Shown here: piece by piece, positions 21,935 through 39,120 of the stretch
How positions within the stretch are numbered: the stretch's first letter is position 1
Layout: each line of letters begins with the position of its first letter
From: Vicinamibacteria bacterium
GTDB taxonomy: Bacteria > Acidobacteriota > Vicinamibacteria > Marinacidobacterales > Marinacidobacteraceae
Assembly: GCA_963422395.1 (NCBI GenBank)
Contig: OY729431.1
Location: 2,144,001 to 2,208,000, forward strand
Direction: 5' to 3'
Length of the DNA: 64,000 nucleotides
Translations under genes and position numbers: made by a program
The notes under the pieces: generated by a model
Told to the model about the DNA's origin: nothing
The model's input: the letters and a program-made list of their open reading frames with translations, nothing else
Databases searched by the model: none

Positions 21935-22276
21935 ACGATCGTGTGCCCGTTTCGCCTTCGCATCCCGTCCCGCCTCATGGGCGGCGGCGAAGTTCTACGC
22001 TATGAGCGCAGGCTGCTAGCCCGTGGAGACGCCCGTGGAGACGGTCGTCGTCACCGGGGGGTCGGAGTTCGGGCCGATGTGGAGAAGCACGTCGGCCTGA
22101 ACTCCGGACCTACCTGATCCGGTGGATGTCGGGTGTGTCGATGGCGCTGACCGCGCTGGGCGCGCTCATCGCCGCTCTGGCCGAACTGCTCCGGCAGCCG
22201 CGTGAAGGCTGCCGGACACCCGCCGAGGCACCCGGGCGGTTGGGGGCCGGTGCCCGCCGGAGACGATACACGGACG

Positions 22277-25861
<3,585 letters not shown>

Positions 25862-25908
25862 CCCGCCCCCCGGACAGGATCCGGCGCACCCCTACATAGA
25901 CTCTCCCC

Positions 25909-28900
25909 ATGGCCCTCACGAACCACGAACGCGTCGGGAAGGCGCTCACGCTGCTCAGAACGGGACTCGGTCCGTTCGTCGAACGTGAGCTGCAAGGCGC
26001 TGTCAAGGCGAAGTCCCTGCACCTCGAGGTGTTGGCCGAGTTCCGCAAGGACCCCCAGTTCGGAAAACAGCGCATCGCGAAATGGGACGCCGCGGCGCTG
26101 CTCAAGGTGATGCTGGACAACTGGAATTTCGTCTTCAAGGCGATTCTCGGCCCGGCGGAGCGCGGGTTCGTGGGGGAACTGCGCGGCCACCGCAACCGCT
26201 GGGCGCACCAGCACCCGTTCTCGAGCGATGACGCCTACCGCGTCCTGGATACCGCAGCGCGGCTGCTCGAGGCCGTCTCCGCGGCCGAAGCCGGCGAAGT
26301 CGAAAAACTCAAACAGGATCTGCTGCGCGTCCTCTACGACGAGGACGCGCAGGCCCGCCCGGAGCGGCGTAAGAAGGCGAGCCTGCCGCTCACGAGCGCC
26401 GCCGGCCCCCTGAAGCCGTGGCGCGAGGTAGTGACGCCGCACCCGGACGTCGCGAACGGCCGGTACCGACAGGCCGAGTTCGCCGCCGATCTGTGGCAGG
26501 TGCACCTCGGCGAGGGGACCGCCGAGTACCGCGATCCCGCGGAGTTCTACCGGCGCACCTACCTGACCGAAAGCCTCCGGGGAATGCTGGTCGGCGCCGT
26601 GCGCCGGGTGGCCGGGGAGGGCGGCGACCCGGTGATCCAGCTTCAGACCAACTTCGGCGGGGGCAAGACCCACTCGATGCTCGCGCTCTACCACCTGTTC
26701 TCCGGCACCCCGCCGAGCGAGCTGGGTGGAGTGGACGCGCTGATCCGCGAATCCAGCGCAGCGAGCCTGCCGGAGGTACGGCGGGTGGTGATCGTCGGTA
26801 ACAAGATCTCGCCCGGAAACCCGGTCACGAAACCCGACGGGACGGTGGTCCGCACGCTCTGGGGCGAGCTCGCGTGGCAGTTGGGCGGGCCGTCGGCCTA
26901 CGAGCGCATCGCCCGGGACGACGAACGCGCCACGAACCCCGGGGACGCGCTGCGGGAACTCCTCGTCGAACACGGGCCGTGCCTGATCCTGATCGACGAG
27001 TGGGTCGCCTACGCCCGGCAGCTTCACGAAGACAGCGACCTGCCCGGCGGCAGCTTCGAAACCCAGTTCAGCTTCGCGCAGGCGCTCACGGAATCGGCGA
27101 AGCTGGCCGAAAACTGCCTGCTGGTCATCAGCCTGCCGGCATCGGACACCCAAGCCTCGCCGCACATCCAGGCCGACGATCTGGAAGTGGGAGGGCAGCG
27201 GGGGCGGGAGGCGCTGAGCCGGCTCCGGAACGTCGTGGGCCGGATCGAGTCGTCCTGGCGCCCGGCGAGCGCCGAGGAGGGGTTCGAGATCGTCCGGCGG
27301 CGGCTCTTCGAGCCCCTGGATCCGGTACATCACGAGGACCGGGACGCGGCCGCGCGGGCCTTCAGCGACTTCTACCGGCGGCAGCCGAACGAGTTTCCTC
27401 GGGAGTGCCGGGAGACGGACTACCGGAAAAGGCTGCAGTCCGCCTACCCGATCCACCCGGAGATCTTCGACCGCCTCCATACGGACTGGTCCGCGCTGGT
27501 CACCTTCCAGCGGACCCGGGGCGTGCTGCGGCTGATGGCGGCGGTCGTGCACCGCCTGTGGGCGGACGGCGACGGCCACCCGCTCATCCTCCCGGCGCAC
27601 CTGCCGATGGACGATCCCCCGGTGCAATCGGAACTGACCCGCTACCTGCCTGACCGGGATCAATGGGATCCGGTCATCGCCAAGGACGTGGACGGGCCGC
27701 GGTCGCTCCCGGTGCGGACCGACGGCAAGTTCCCGAATCTGGGGAAGAGCTCCGCCTGCCGGCGCGTCGCCCGCACCGTCTATCTGGGGTCGGCGCCCAC
27801 CGCGGGTTCGGCGCACCGCGGCATCGAGGACCGCCGCATCCGGCTGGGGTGCGCTCTGCCCCAGGAGTCCACGGCGCCCATCGGCGACGCCCTCCGGCGG
27901 CTGGCGGGTGAGGCCACCTACCTCTACCAGGACGGTTCCCGCTACTGGTACGACACGCGCCCGACGGTCACCAAGCTGGCGGGAGACCGCGCGGAACAGT
28001 TGAAGGGCGATCCGAAAGCGGCCGAGGCGATCCGCAGCCGGCTGCGGCAGGCCCTCCAGCAGTTGGGCGGGTTTTCCCGGATCCACACCGCCCCGCAGTC
28101 CGCGCACGACGTCCCCGACGAGCTCGAGACGCGGCTGGTGGTGCTCGGAACCGACTGCCCGCATCAGCGGGGCGCCGCCGATTCTCCCGCGCAGACGGCG
28201 GCCCGGGAGATCCTCGAATCCCGGGGGAACGCGCCGCGCCTCTACCGCAACACCCTGGTGTTCCTCGCTCCCGACGAGACCCGGCTCCAGGACCTCGACG
28301 AGGCAGTGCGCCGTCACCTCGCCTGGGAGTCCATCCTGGAAGAGCGGGAGGCGCTCGATATCTCGCCGCACCAGGTGAAACAGGCGAAAACCCAGCAGAA
28401 CGCCGCGGACGCCACCGTGGCCGCCCGGTTGCCGGAGACGTATCAGTGGCTTTTGACACCCGTCCAGAAGAACCCCGACGATCCGGTCACATGGGAATCC
28501 GCACGGCTCACGGGGACGCGGGAACTGGCGGAGCGGGCCTTCCGCTGGCTCCAGAATGACAGCTTGCTCGTCCCGCGCCTCGCGGGAAGCCTCCTGAGGA
28601 CGGAGCTCGACCGCGTACCCCTGTGGCGCGGCGGCGACCATGTAGCCCTGCAGCAGGTCATCCAGGACTTCGCCAGTTACCTCAACCTCCCGCGGCTGCT
28701 CGGTCCCGAAGTGCTGGTGCGCGCCGTCGAGGAGGCCGTCAGCTCACTGACCTGGGACTCCGACGGGGTCGGATACGCGGACGGTTTCGACGAGGCCGGC
28801 GGACGGTATCGGGGCCTCCGCGCCCGACAGACGATCGGGCTGGACGCCGGCGCGGCGGGGTTGCTGGTCAGGCCCGCCGCGGCGCGGCGGCAACTCGAAC

Positions 28901-29247
28901 GGGAGAAACCGACTCCGTCCACCGGCCCCGGTCCCGATGAATCAGCGGTTGGCCCCGGGGAACCAGCGGTTGATCCTGATGCGCCGCCCGTCGGCACTCC
29001 CGATGAACCCGCGCCGACCCGCTACCACGGCAGCGTCGTCCTCGACGCGGCGCGCGCCGGGCTGGAAGCGAGCCGGGTGGCCGAGGAGGTCGTCACCCAC
29101 CTCGCCGTACTTCCGGGAGCGAGCGTCCGGGTGACGCTGGAGATCGAAGCCGGCTTGCCCGACGGCACCCCGGATCACGTCGTGCGCGTCGTCACCGAGA
29201 ACAGCCGCTCGCTTCGTTTCGCCAGCCACGGGTTCGAACGCGACTGA
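25909..29247 (+). CDS. DUF499 AAA+ ATPase with N-terminal Swt1-like HEPN domain
   Basis: HEPN RxxxxH 'RNRWAH'; 'PWREVVTPHPDV', 'EFAADL', Walker A 'TNFGGGKTHS', Walker B 'LILIDE', 'YPIHPE', 'FQRTRGVLRLMA'. Confidence 0.9.
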   Translation: MALTNHERVGKALTLLRTGLGPFVERELQGAVKAKSLHLEVLAEFRKDPQFGKQRIAKWDAAALLKVMLDNWNFVFKAILGPAERGFVGELRGHRNRWAHQHPFSSDDAYRVLDTAARLLEAVSAAEAGEVEKLKQDLLRVLYDEDAQARPERRKKASLPLTSAAGPLKPWREVVTPHPDVANGRYRQAEFAADLWQVHLGEGTAEYRDPAEFYRRTYLTESLRGMLVGAVRRVAGEGGDPVIQLQTNFGGGKTHSMLALYHLFSGTPPSELGGVDALIRESSAASLPEVRRVVIVGNKISPGNPVTKPDGTVVRTLWGELAWQLGGPSAYERIARDDERATNPGDALRELLVEHGPCLILIDEWVAYARQLHEDSDLPGGSFETQFSFAQALTESAKLAENCLLVISLPASDTQASPHIQADDLEVGGQRGREALSRLRNVVGRIESSWRPASAEEGFEIVRRRLFEPLDPVHHEDRDAAARAFSDFYRRQPNEFPRECRETDYRKRLQSAYPIHPEIFDRLHTDWSALVTFQRTRGVLRLMAAVVHRLWADGDGHPLILPAHLPMDDPPVQSELTRYLPDRDQWDPVIAKDVDGPRSLPVRTDGKFPNLGKSSACRRVARTVYLGSAPTAGSAHRGIEDRRIRLGCALPQESTAPIGDALRRLAGEATYLYQDGSRYWYDTRPTVTKLAGDRAEQLKGDPKAAEAIRSRLRQALQQLGGFSRIHTAPQSAHDVPDELETRLVVLGTDCPHQRGAADSPAQTAAREILESRGNAPRLYRNTLVFLAPDETRLQDLDEAVRRHLAWESILEEREALDISPHQVKQAKTQQNAADATVAARLPETYQWLLTPVQKNPDDPVTWESARLTGTRELAERAFRWLQNDSLLVPRLAGSLLRTELDRVPLWRGGDHVALQQVIQDFASYLNLPRLLGPEVLVRAVEEAVSSLTWDSDGVGYADGFDEAGGRYRGLRARQTIGLDAGAAGLLVRPAAARRQLEREKPTPSTGPGPDESAVGPGEPAVDPDAPPVGTPDEPAPTRYHGSVVLDAARAGLEASRVAEEVVTHLAVLPGASVRVTLEIEAGLPDGTPDHVVRVVTENSRSLRFASHGFERD

Positions 29248-29292
29248 CCACGGGGTCGGGATCCGGGCAGCGGCTCCCGCCCGAGCGGGCGG

Positions 29293-31755
<2,463 letters not shown>

Positions 31756-31761
31756 GGACCG

Positions 31762-32172
31762 TTACGCTCCCAGGACCCGGACCAGACCGGGCCGGCCAAC
31801 GCGGCGGGCGGCTCGTCGGTCGGCCGTGAGCCATACCCCGTTCGCCAGTGCAGCCAATGCCGCGTACACGGAGTCGTACCCCGACAGCTTCCATCGAACG
31901 GCGAAGTCAACAGCCAGCGACAACAGCTCGTGCCCGTTACCGATCCGCGTCAGTCCCAGCGCCTCGACCAGAGCCAGGGCTTCCTGGACACGCGCCGGCC
32001 GGCCGTCCGGAAGTCGGCAGAGCACGGCGAGCAACTCGTTCATGAAGAGTTCCGGAACCAGGAACCCCGATGGATCACGTTCGATCTCGTCGAGCACTTC
32101 GGCGGCCTCTCGCAGGTGCGGCTCGTCCTTCACGAACCACTTGATCGCGACTGAGGCATCGAGAACGGTCAC
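31762..32172 (-). CDS. vapC: PIN-domain VapC toxin
   Basis: GTG start overlapping the antitoxin stop; 'VLDASVAIKW', 'E', 'YDSVYAALA', 'WLTAD' PIN acidic motifs. Confidence 0.85.
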   Translation of the reverse strand: MTVLDASVAIKWFVKDEPHLREAAEVLDEIERDPSGFLVPELFMNELLAVLCRLPDGRPARVQEALALVEALGLTRIGNGHELLSLAVDFAVRWKLSGYDSVYAALAALANGVWLTADRRAARRVGRPGLVRVLGA

Positions 32173-32432
32173 GACCGCATATCGCGCAGCAAATCCAAAG
32201 TCGTGCCGTTCGCCGGCGGCTCGAACTGGAGTTTCCTGAGCTTCGCCACCACGCTCCGCCGCTTCGCGTCCGCCTCCCGGTCCACGAACCGCTCGCGGTA
32301 GTCCTTGAGGCTCACGAGGGCGGCTGCCGGAGTCCGGCGGCGGCAAACCACGATCGGCTCCCCGTTGCTCTCCAGCTGGTCGAGCACCCGACCCAGGGAT
32401 TGCCGAAGCTCCAGTGCGTTGACGGTCTTCAT
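32169..32432 (-). CDS. Phd/YefM antitoxin
   Basis: 'MKTVNALELRQSLGRVLDQL...EPIVVCRRRTPAAALVS' Phd/YefM pattern; own promoter upstream. Confidence 0.8.
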   Translation of the reverse strand: MKTVNALELRQSLGRVLDQLESNGEPIVVCRRRTPAAALVSLKDYRERFVDREADAKRRSVVAKLRKLQFEPPANGTTLDLLRDMRS

Positions 32433-33452
32433 GACACTCGGCAGTCTCGATCTTGTACGGTTCGGTGTCAAGAACGATCGTAGCGAGACGGTGGAATCCG
32501 CCGGACAGTTGGCGGTCGAACGGCAGTGCGGGTTTCGAGCCGTGCGGTTGCGGCCCGTAACGGGTTCCTGGGCGGCGCCTGGAACTGACAGCAGCGCAGC
32601 GATGGAGCCCCCGATGCGTTCGGCCGCTTCTTCGGTTGCACGGTCGCTGACGTGTGTGTAGCGGAACGCCATCCGGGGGTGAGAATGGCCCAGCAGGTGC
32701 GCGACCACCGGCAGCGGCACGCCCTGCATCACGGCGTGGCTCGCGAAGGTGTGCCGAAGGTCATGCAGGCGCGCATCCCCGATCCGGGCCTCGCGGCGCA
32801 CCTTCCGCCACAGCGACAGCTCGTCGGAGCGGTTCCGCGAGGGGTCGCGGGGCGAGGGGAACACGAACGCGCTGTCCGTCCGGGGCTGGCGGGCGAAAAC
32901 GGCGCGCGCCTGTGCGTTCAGGAGGATGGTCCGCGGCCCCGTCTTGCTGTCCGTCAGGCGCAGCGACTCCCCGGCCACCTCCGACCAGCGGAGGCGCACG
33001 ATCTCGCTTTTCCGGCACCCGGTCAGCAGCAACAGACGAATGATGTCCGCCTGTTGCTCGCCGGAGCCGCGTCCGCGGTGGGCATCTAGCGCCGCGTACA
33101 GACGGTCGATTTCGGCCCGCGAGAGAAAACGGTTCGGCCTTGGACGCGGGTTGCGGCGCACGCGGCGGGTGGGATTGGCCGGGAGGTATCCGCACGCGAC
33201 CGCGTGGTTGAAGATCTGCCGCAGCACATCCAGAACGCGGTTCGCTCCTGCCGGCGCCGACTGGCTGTAGCGGTCGAACCACGAGTGCACCGTCTCGCGG
33301 CGGATGCGGTCGAGCCGCTGGGCGCCGAAGATCGGCAGAAGCTGGGTCCGCAAGGCGCTGTCCACGCGCTTCCGGGTCGACGGTTTGCAGCGGCTGTAGC
33401 AGGCCTTCTTCCAGGCGCCCGCGACGAAATGTCGGAACGTCGGCGGGCTCAT
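32169..33452 (-). CDS. Tyrosine recombinase 2 (ORF runs without a stop into the phd frame)
   Basis: Start MSPPTFRH (ATGA-coupled to recombinase 1); R 'TGCRKSE', K 'DSKTG', 'HDLRH', 'LGH', Y 'RYTH'. Confidence 0.85.
   Translation of the reverse strand: MSPPTFRHFVAGAWKKACYSRCKPSTRKRVDSALRTQLLPIFGAQRLDRIRRETVHSWFDRYSQSAPAGANRVLDVLRQIFNHAVACGYLPANPTRRVRRNPRPRPNRFLSRAEIDRLYAALDAHRGRGSGEQQADIIRLLLLTGCRKSEIVRLRWSEVAGESLRLTDSKTGPRTILLNAQARAVFARQPRTDSAFVFPSPRDPSRNRSDELSLWRKVRREARIGDARLHDLRHTFASHAVMQGVPLPVVAHLLGHSHPRMAFRYTHVSDRATEEAAERIGGSIAALLSVPGAAQEPVTGRNRTARNPHCRSTANCPADSTVSLRSFLTPNRTRSRLPSVMKTVNALELRQSLGRVLDQLESNGEPIVVCRRRTPAAALVSLKDYRERFVDREADAKRRSVVAKLRKLQFEPPANGTTLDLLRDMRS
32443..32471 (-). 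promoter_or_regulatory. Putative sigma70 promoter for phd-vapC-(MTase copy 1)
   Basis: On the minus strand TTGACA (32471-32466), 17 bp, GAGACT (32448-32443), about 10 nt upstream of the phd ATG. Confidence 0.5.
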
Positions 33453-34375
33453 CGGCCGGTTCCCAGCGCCGCCCCGACGAGTTCGACGGCGTTGCGCGCC
33501 ATGGGGTCGGCGATGTGCGTGTACCGCAGGGTGGCGGCTGGATCGCGGTGCCCCAGCAGGCGTCCGATGGTCAGCACCGTCTCCCCCTGCCGCAGCGCGA
33601 AGCTCGCGAAGCTGTGGCGCAGGTCGTGAAGCCGCACGTCGGACAGGGCCGCCGCCGCGCGCAGGGCGCGCCAGGCGCGGTAGAGGGTCTCCGGCGGCAT
33701 GGGGCCGCCGCCCCCCGGCGCCGGGAAGGTCCATGCGTCCGTACGCGCGAGCCGATCGAGCACCGATCGGGCGGCCGACGACAGCCACACGGTGCGGGGG
33801 CCCGTCTTGCTGTCACGCAGGAACAGGTGGCCTTCGCGATAGTCCGCCCACCGAAGCGTCCGGATCTCGCTCTGCCGACAGCCGGTCAGGGCGAGCAGCC
33901 GCACCAGCGCGGCGGCCGGCCGCGCGGCCGCTTCGTGCTCCGCGAGCGCAGCGCCCAGCCGCCCGAATTCGCCAGCGGTGAGGAAGCGCTCCCGTCCCCG
34001 CAGGCGGTAACGGCGGATCCCCGAGCACGGGTTGCTTCCTTCCGGGCGGTGGCCGTAGGACTCGGCCTCCCGCAGGATCACCGACAGAATCGGCAGCGAA
34101 CGATTCGCTGCGGCCGGTGTCGCGCACAGGTCCGCGATCCAGCACTCGACCTCCCGCCGCGTGATGTCGCCGAGCGGCCGGCCGCGGAACCAGGGCAGGA
34201 TCTGATTGCGCAGATAGGCGCGATTGACCTTGACGGTCTGCGGTTTCCAGCGGGAGGCGTACGTCCGGAACACGTCTGCGGCGAACACCTCGAAGGCTGT
34301 TCGGGGAGCGGGATCGTTCGATTCGTCGTGGTCTGCCATGGGAAACCGGAGAGGTTCCGGCATCTGGACATCCAT
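33449..34375 (-). CDS. Tyrosine recombinase 1 (start uncertain, 34339-34375)
   Basis: 'TGCRQSEI', 'DSKTG', 'HDLRHSFAS', 'LLGH', 'RYTH': complete catalytic set. Confidence 0.88.
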   Translation of the reverse strand: MDVQMPEPLRFPMADHDESNDPAPRTAFEVFAADVFRTYASRWKPQTVKVNRAYLRNQILPWFRGRPLGDITRREVECWIADLCATPAAANRSLPILSVILREAESYGHRPEGSNPCSGIRRYRLRGRERFLTAGEFGRLGAALAEHEAAARPAAALVRLLALTGCRQSEIRTLRWADYREGHLFLRDSKTGPRTVWLSSAARSVLDRLARTDAWTFPAPGGGGPMPPETLYRAWRALRAAAALSDVRLHDLRHSFASFALRQGETVLTIGRLLGHRDPAATLRYTHIADPMARNAVELVGAALGTGR

Positions 34376-34463
34376 GCGAACCCGGCGCCGCGGCCATGGA
34401 GCCCGCCGAGCGGTTTCGTGGAGACGCGGAGGTTGCGTGCCGCGCGGCGCCAGCGCGAAAACC

Positions 34464-34510
34464 GTGATACGGCCATTCCGCATGACCGGTGATACGGTCG
34501 TTCCGTATGA
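34464..34510. repeat. Two 22-bp imperfect direct repeats with internal dyad symmetry
   Basis: gtgatacggccattccgcatga (34464-34485) and gtgatacggtcgttccgtatga (34489-34510), 19/22 identical; ATACGG-N5-CCGTAT dyad. Confidence 0.6.
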
Positions 34511-34637
34511 AGGCGCCGTTCATGCATCCAAGATCCGGTGGTGCAGCGGCTGCGGGAGAGAGCCGCGCGTCGGGGAGCAGCGGTGATGGCGTGCTGCCGT
34601 GCGGCAGCCGGTTTCTGTTCCTGACGGCAAGCGTCTG

Positions 34638-37494
<2,857 letters not shown>

Positions 37495-37502
37495 CCGACG
37501 AT

Positions 37503-38059
37503 CCCGCCACTTCTTGCTCATGACCGCCACACCGCACAACGGCAAGGAGGAGGACTTCCAACTCTTCCTCGCCTTGCTGGACGGCGACCGCTTCGAAGGG
37601 CGGTTCCGCGACGGCGTCCACGCCGCGGACGCGTCGGATCTGATGCGGCGCATGGTCAAGGAGCGGCTCGTGAAGTTCGACGGAAAGCCGCTCTTTCCCG
37701 AACGCATCGCCTACACGGTGCCCTACCAGCTCTCCGACGCGGAAGCCGGCCTCTACCAGGCGGTGACCGACTATGTGCGCGAAGAGTTCAACCGCCGGCT
37801 CGATTTCGAAGACCTCGACGACGCTCCGGATGCCGAGGCCGAGCGGGCCCAGCTCGAAGCCGCTACCGGCGAGCGGATCGCGGCGTTGGAAGCGGTTGAG
37901 CCGGACCGCGCGAAGGGGCAAGATGCCGGATTGGAGGCGGGCCGGAGCGCCGGACACGAGAGCCGCGCGTCGGTACCGCAGGAGCGGGACCGCTCACCGG
38001 AGCGGGAAATGGAACGGACCCGGGCGCCGAAAAGCGTGGATCGGGATCTGGGGCTGTAG
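37503..38059 (+). pseudogene. Chimeric relic: SNF2 helicase fragment fused to a relaxase-like C-terminal tail
   Basis: Helicase piece (TATPHNG...EEFNR) with two internal deletions, then a charged tail ending '[15 protein letters not shown]'. Confidence 0.6.
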
Positions 38060-38112
38060 TGTCGCGCGGTACGGAAACCCGCATTTCAGAGACAGGGGGG
38101 TTGCGGTCGAGC

Positions 38113-39117
38113 GTGTCCAGTGCGAAGCAAGTACTTGCCATGTTGCGTTGCCGGGCCGCGGGCGATGAAGAGCAGTTCTTCACCATCGCGCTCCAGGTCG
38201 CGGCGGCCGAGGCGCGCCAAGGACATCGTAGCTTGGCGGAAGCGCTTCGGGAGGCCGTGGAGAAGGCGCGCACTCATTCCGGTGGAGGGCAGACCGTCGC
38301 TGTTCCGTTCGCAAGGCCACGCGGTGACCTCGCCGAGCTTATAGAGCTGCGCAACCCCTCGCACCGTCTTGATGACGTCGTGCTGAACACCACGTTGCGA
38401 GGCCAGCTCGACGATCTGATCCGCGAACAGGCGCGCAGGGATTGGCTTCGAGAGCACGGGAAGACGCCGAGCCGGCGGATCCTGTTCGTCGGGCCGCCGG
38501 GATCGGGGAAAACCATGACCGCCGAAGCGCTCGCCGGTGCCCTGAAACTGCCGTTGTTCGTCATTCGCCTGGAGGCGCTGATAACACGGTTCATGGGGGA
38601 GACGGCTGCCAAGTTGCGTCTCGCATTCGATGAAACGGCAAAACGCCGCGGGAGCTATCTCTTCGACGAATTCGACGCCGTCGGCGGTCATCGCAGCGCG
38701 TCCAACGACGTCGCCGAGATGCGCAGGGTCCTGAACTCGTTCCTGCTCTTCATGGAAGAGCCGAACGCGACGGACAGCTTGATCGTTTGCGCGACCAACC
38801 ACCCCGATCTACTCGATCGCGCACTGCTGCGACGGTTCGATCTCGTCCTGCCGTTCGAGATGCCGAACGACGCCGAGACCCGCCGGATCATCAAGGCTTG
38901 TCTCCGACCGATGAAGTATCCGAATCTGGCCTGGAAACGGATCGTGGATGCGGGGCGTGGCCTGAGCCAGTCCGAGCTTTCGTGGGCGGCCGAGAAGGCC
39001 GTAAAGACCGCGATGCTCGATGAGCGGGACCGTCTGACGACAATGGACGTTGTCAGCGCTCTCGATGAACGCCGGGAGATGCGCGAAGCCTTCACGGGCG
39101 CGCAAGGTTCGACCTGA
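38113..39117 (+). CDS. AAA+ ATPase, IetA-like
   Basis: Walker A 'GPPGSGKT', Walker B 'YLFDEFDA', 'EMRRVLNSFL', 'ATNHPDLLDRALLRRFD'; 3 bp upstream of an S8 peptidase. Confidence 0.85.
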   Translation: MSSAKQVLAMLRCRAAGDEEQFFTIALQVAAAEARQGHRSLAEALREAVEKARTHSGGGQTVAVPFARPRGDLAELIELRNPSHRLDDVVLNTTLRGQLDDLIREQARRDWLREHGKTPSRRILFVGPPGSGKTMTAEALAGALKLPLFVIRLEALITRFMGETAAKLRLAFDETAKRRGSYLFDEFDAVGGHRSASNDVAEMRRVLNSFLLFMEEPNATDSLIVCATNHPDLLDRALLRRFDLVLPFEMPNDAETRRIIKACLRPMKYPNLAWKRIVDAGRGLSQSELSWAAEKAVKTAMLDERDRLTTMDVVSALDERREMREAFTGAQGST

Positions 39118-39120
39118 GTC

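Noticed and set aside
32169-34375. Integron or prophage
   Set aside because: No IntI-specific insertion or attC-like cassette array was recognised, and there are no phage structural genes.
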